64,000 bases of DNA from Moniliella sp. 'wahieum' (lineage: Eukaryota), in assembly GCA_003971905.1 (NCBI GenBank), contig RSEE01000035.1, positions 124,001-188,000 of the forward strand. The letters are read 5' to 3'. The position numbers and the translations under genes are program-made. Numbering within the stretch: position 1 is the first letter of the stretch; every line of letters begins with the position of its first letter. The notes below the pieces were generated by a model. It worked only from the letters and a program-made list of their open reading frames with translations. It searched no databases and was not told the DNA's origin. Positions 62,422 to 64,000 of this stretch are shown here, in pieces.

Positions 62422-63751
62422 GCACAGCACGCATGCGCCCACAAGGTCAGCAGAAGCGAGGGGAATGCGGAGGAAGCGGACACGTACAATGGCGCTGCGG
62501 ACCAACAGGTGAAATGAGGACGAGATATGACCCTCGAGGGGAGTCTGTGTAGGCGGCAGGCCGGGTCAATAACAGAGCGCTGGCGGGCAAAAGAACACGT
62601 ACGACAGAAGCAATGCAGATAGTGAGAGGGGGACGGGGCGAGAGGCAGAGGGGGCGTCCAACAGCGAAGATACAGACGAGACGAGGACGTTGTGTGGCGG
62701 GAGAGGGAATGGAGACGTGCAGCAGCAATATAGACCAGGCGAGGAGAGGACCGAGCTATGGGGGCGGGACGAGGAAGGCGGGCAGCAGGCGGTGCTGGCA
62801 GCAATGATGGTGACGTTTTGGTGGACAAGGGAAGAAATGGTGCAGTTGCGCCGTGGCACAGAGCACTCCGCGATGTGCTGGCTGCAGAGATGGGATACCA
62901 GTTGCTACGGGCGCAATGAGAGGGTCGGTTATAAGGCAGCAATCCATCAGCCACAGTCGCGCGAGCCTTTTCCTGTAGCCGCGTTGATTTCAAGTCTCTG
63001 CGCGGTCTCCGTTAAGGCAGTGTTTGCCCACCGCTGCCTGCTCCCGACCACAAGTCCCCGAGGATTCAGACACGTTAGTACGACCCAAAAAGCTCTGGTG
63101 CAGCCGCAGCCTTGCCACACGTGCAGCCGCCCCTCCAATGGCCTCTCCTCGCCCCTAATAGCTTCGCTCGGATCCACCAATCAGCCCAAGTCCGAAACTA
63201 CGGTGATTCGACCTACCGTCTCCTAAGGGATTGTACCCGCAAAGCCTGGGTGTGCCCCTTGGCGGGGCCCGCTCCGTGACAGCACTGAACTTCTCGACGG
63301 AAGGCGATGAAATGGAGAAACGGTCAGAAGTCCAGTTCCTGACCAGGCTCACTAGGCGGGTGCACCAGGAGGCAGTCCAGCTGGGCGACAGCCCGGCCGC
63401 GGCGAACCCACCACGTCCCACTTTTGCTCATCTGAACCATCTCGCCAGGAGGCGATCTGCCGGCACCAGGGGGCATACCAGCTTGGCAATACAATGACTA
63501 ACTATGGGTAACGACAAGGATTCAGCTATCTATCTGAGGGAAGCACCAGAGTGCAGGCGATATGCCGGCGCCAGAGAGGGCATACCAGCTCGGAAATACA
63601 ATGGCTACCCACGTGTGAGCCCACGGGACCAGGTCTCTCTTGAGGGCGGGACCAAGGGGCAGGCCTGTTCTTCCGCTATAAGCCGGCACCAGTCTGCTGG
63701 CCGGCTCGTGGCTGGAAACCACACCTCGCTGCCCGTGCCCTCAGTACTTAT

Positions 63752-63813
63752 CCTTCCCTCCTTCCTCCTTCCCTCCTTCCTCCTTCCCACCTTCCTCCTT
63801 CCCTCCCTCCTTC
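63752..63813. repeat. Polypyrimidine low-complexity repeat (CCTTCCT / CCTTCCCT units)
   Basis: ccttccctccttcctccttccctccttcctccttcccaccttcctccttccctccctccttc. Confidence 0.85.
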
Positions 63814-64000
63814 AACTCTGCGTTTGTGGTGTGACATACGTCCTACTATCGTATCCTGTTTCATTCGCATCACTTTTGCAAGGCTTACAACTGGGGCAAA
63901 GAAACGCTGCCCGCATAGACACCTTCCTCTTTCTGTGCGTGCTATATTTGTTGGTACTACTCAATTCGGAAACCAGAACTATATATAGAGTAACTAGTAA

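Overview
Eukaryotic, GC-rich, gene-dense and intron-poor fungal DNA. The gene set and short, mostly GTACGT...YAG introns suggest a basidiomycete, probably Ustilaginomycotina (inference). About 22 protein genes are recognisable: UFD1, two small secreted GPI-type proteins, NAT3, TRM8, ALG9, an F-box protein, alanine aminotransferase, glyoxalase I, RPP2, a Pex24/Pex30-type peroxin, PRKRIP1-like, RAMP4, a GbsA-type aldehyde dehydrogenase, FMP27/Hobbit (~10.6 kb), PIB1, SPB4, a non-RD kinase, RPS20, a heparinase II/III-like lyase and an alpha-acetolactate decarboxylase. Most long genes, including essential ones, carry small frameshifts, which points to indel errors in the assembly rather than pseudogenes. 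The most unusual observations are four. (1) A non-coding sequence pattern, TGA-[palindromic 4-mer]-TGA, found at least 26 times with 10 different spacers. (2) An unannotated spliced gene at 11405-12218 whose layout resembles PAXX/XRCC4-family NHEJ factors. (3) A spliced transcript at ~30.1-30.8 kb whose unusually long intron holds a box C/D snoRNA-like element. (4) Intronless metabolic genes that may have been horizontally acquired (ALDC, GbsA-type ALDH). No tRNA, rRNA, CRISPR or clear transposase was seen. Coordinates of frameshifted genes are approximate.
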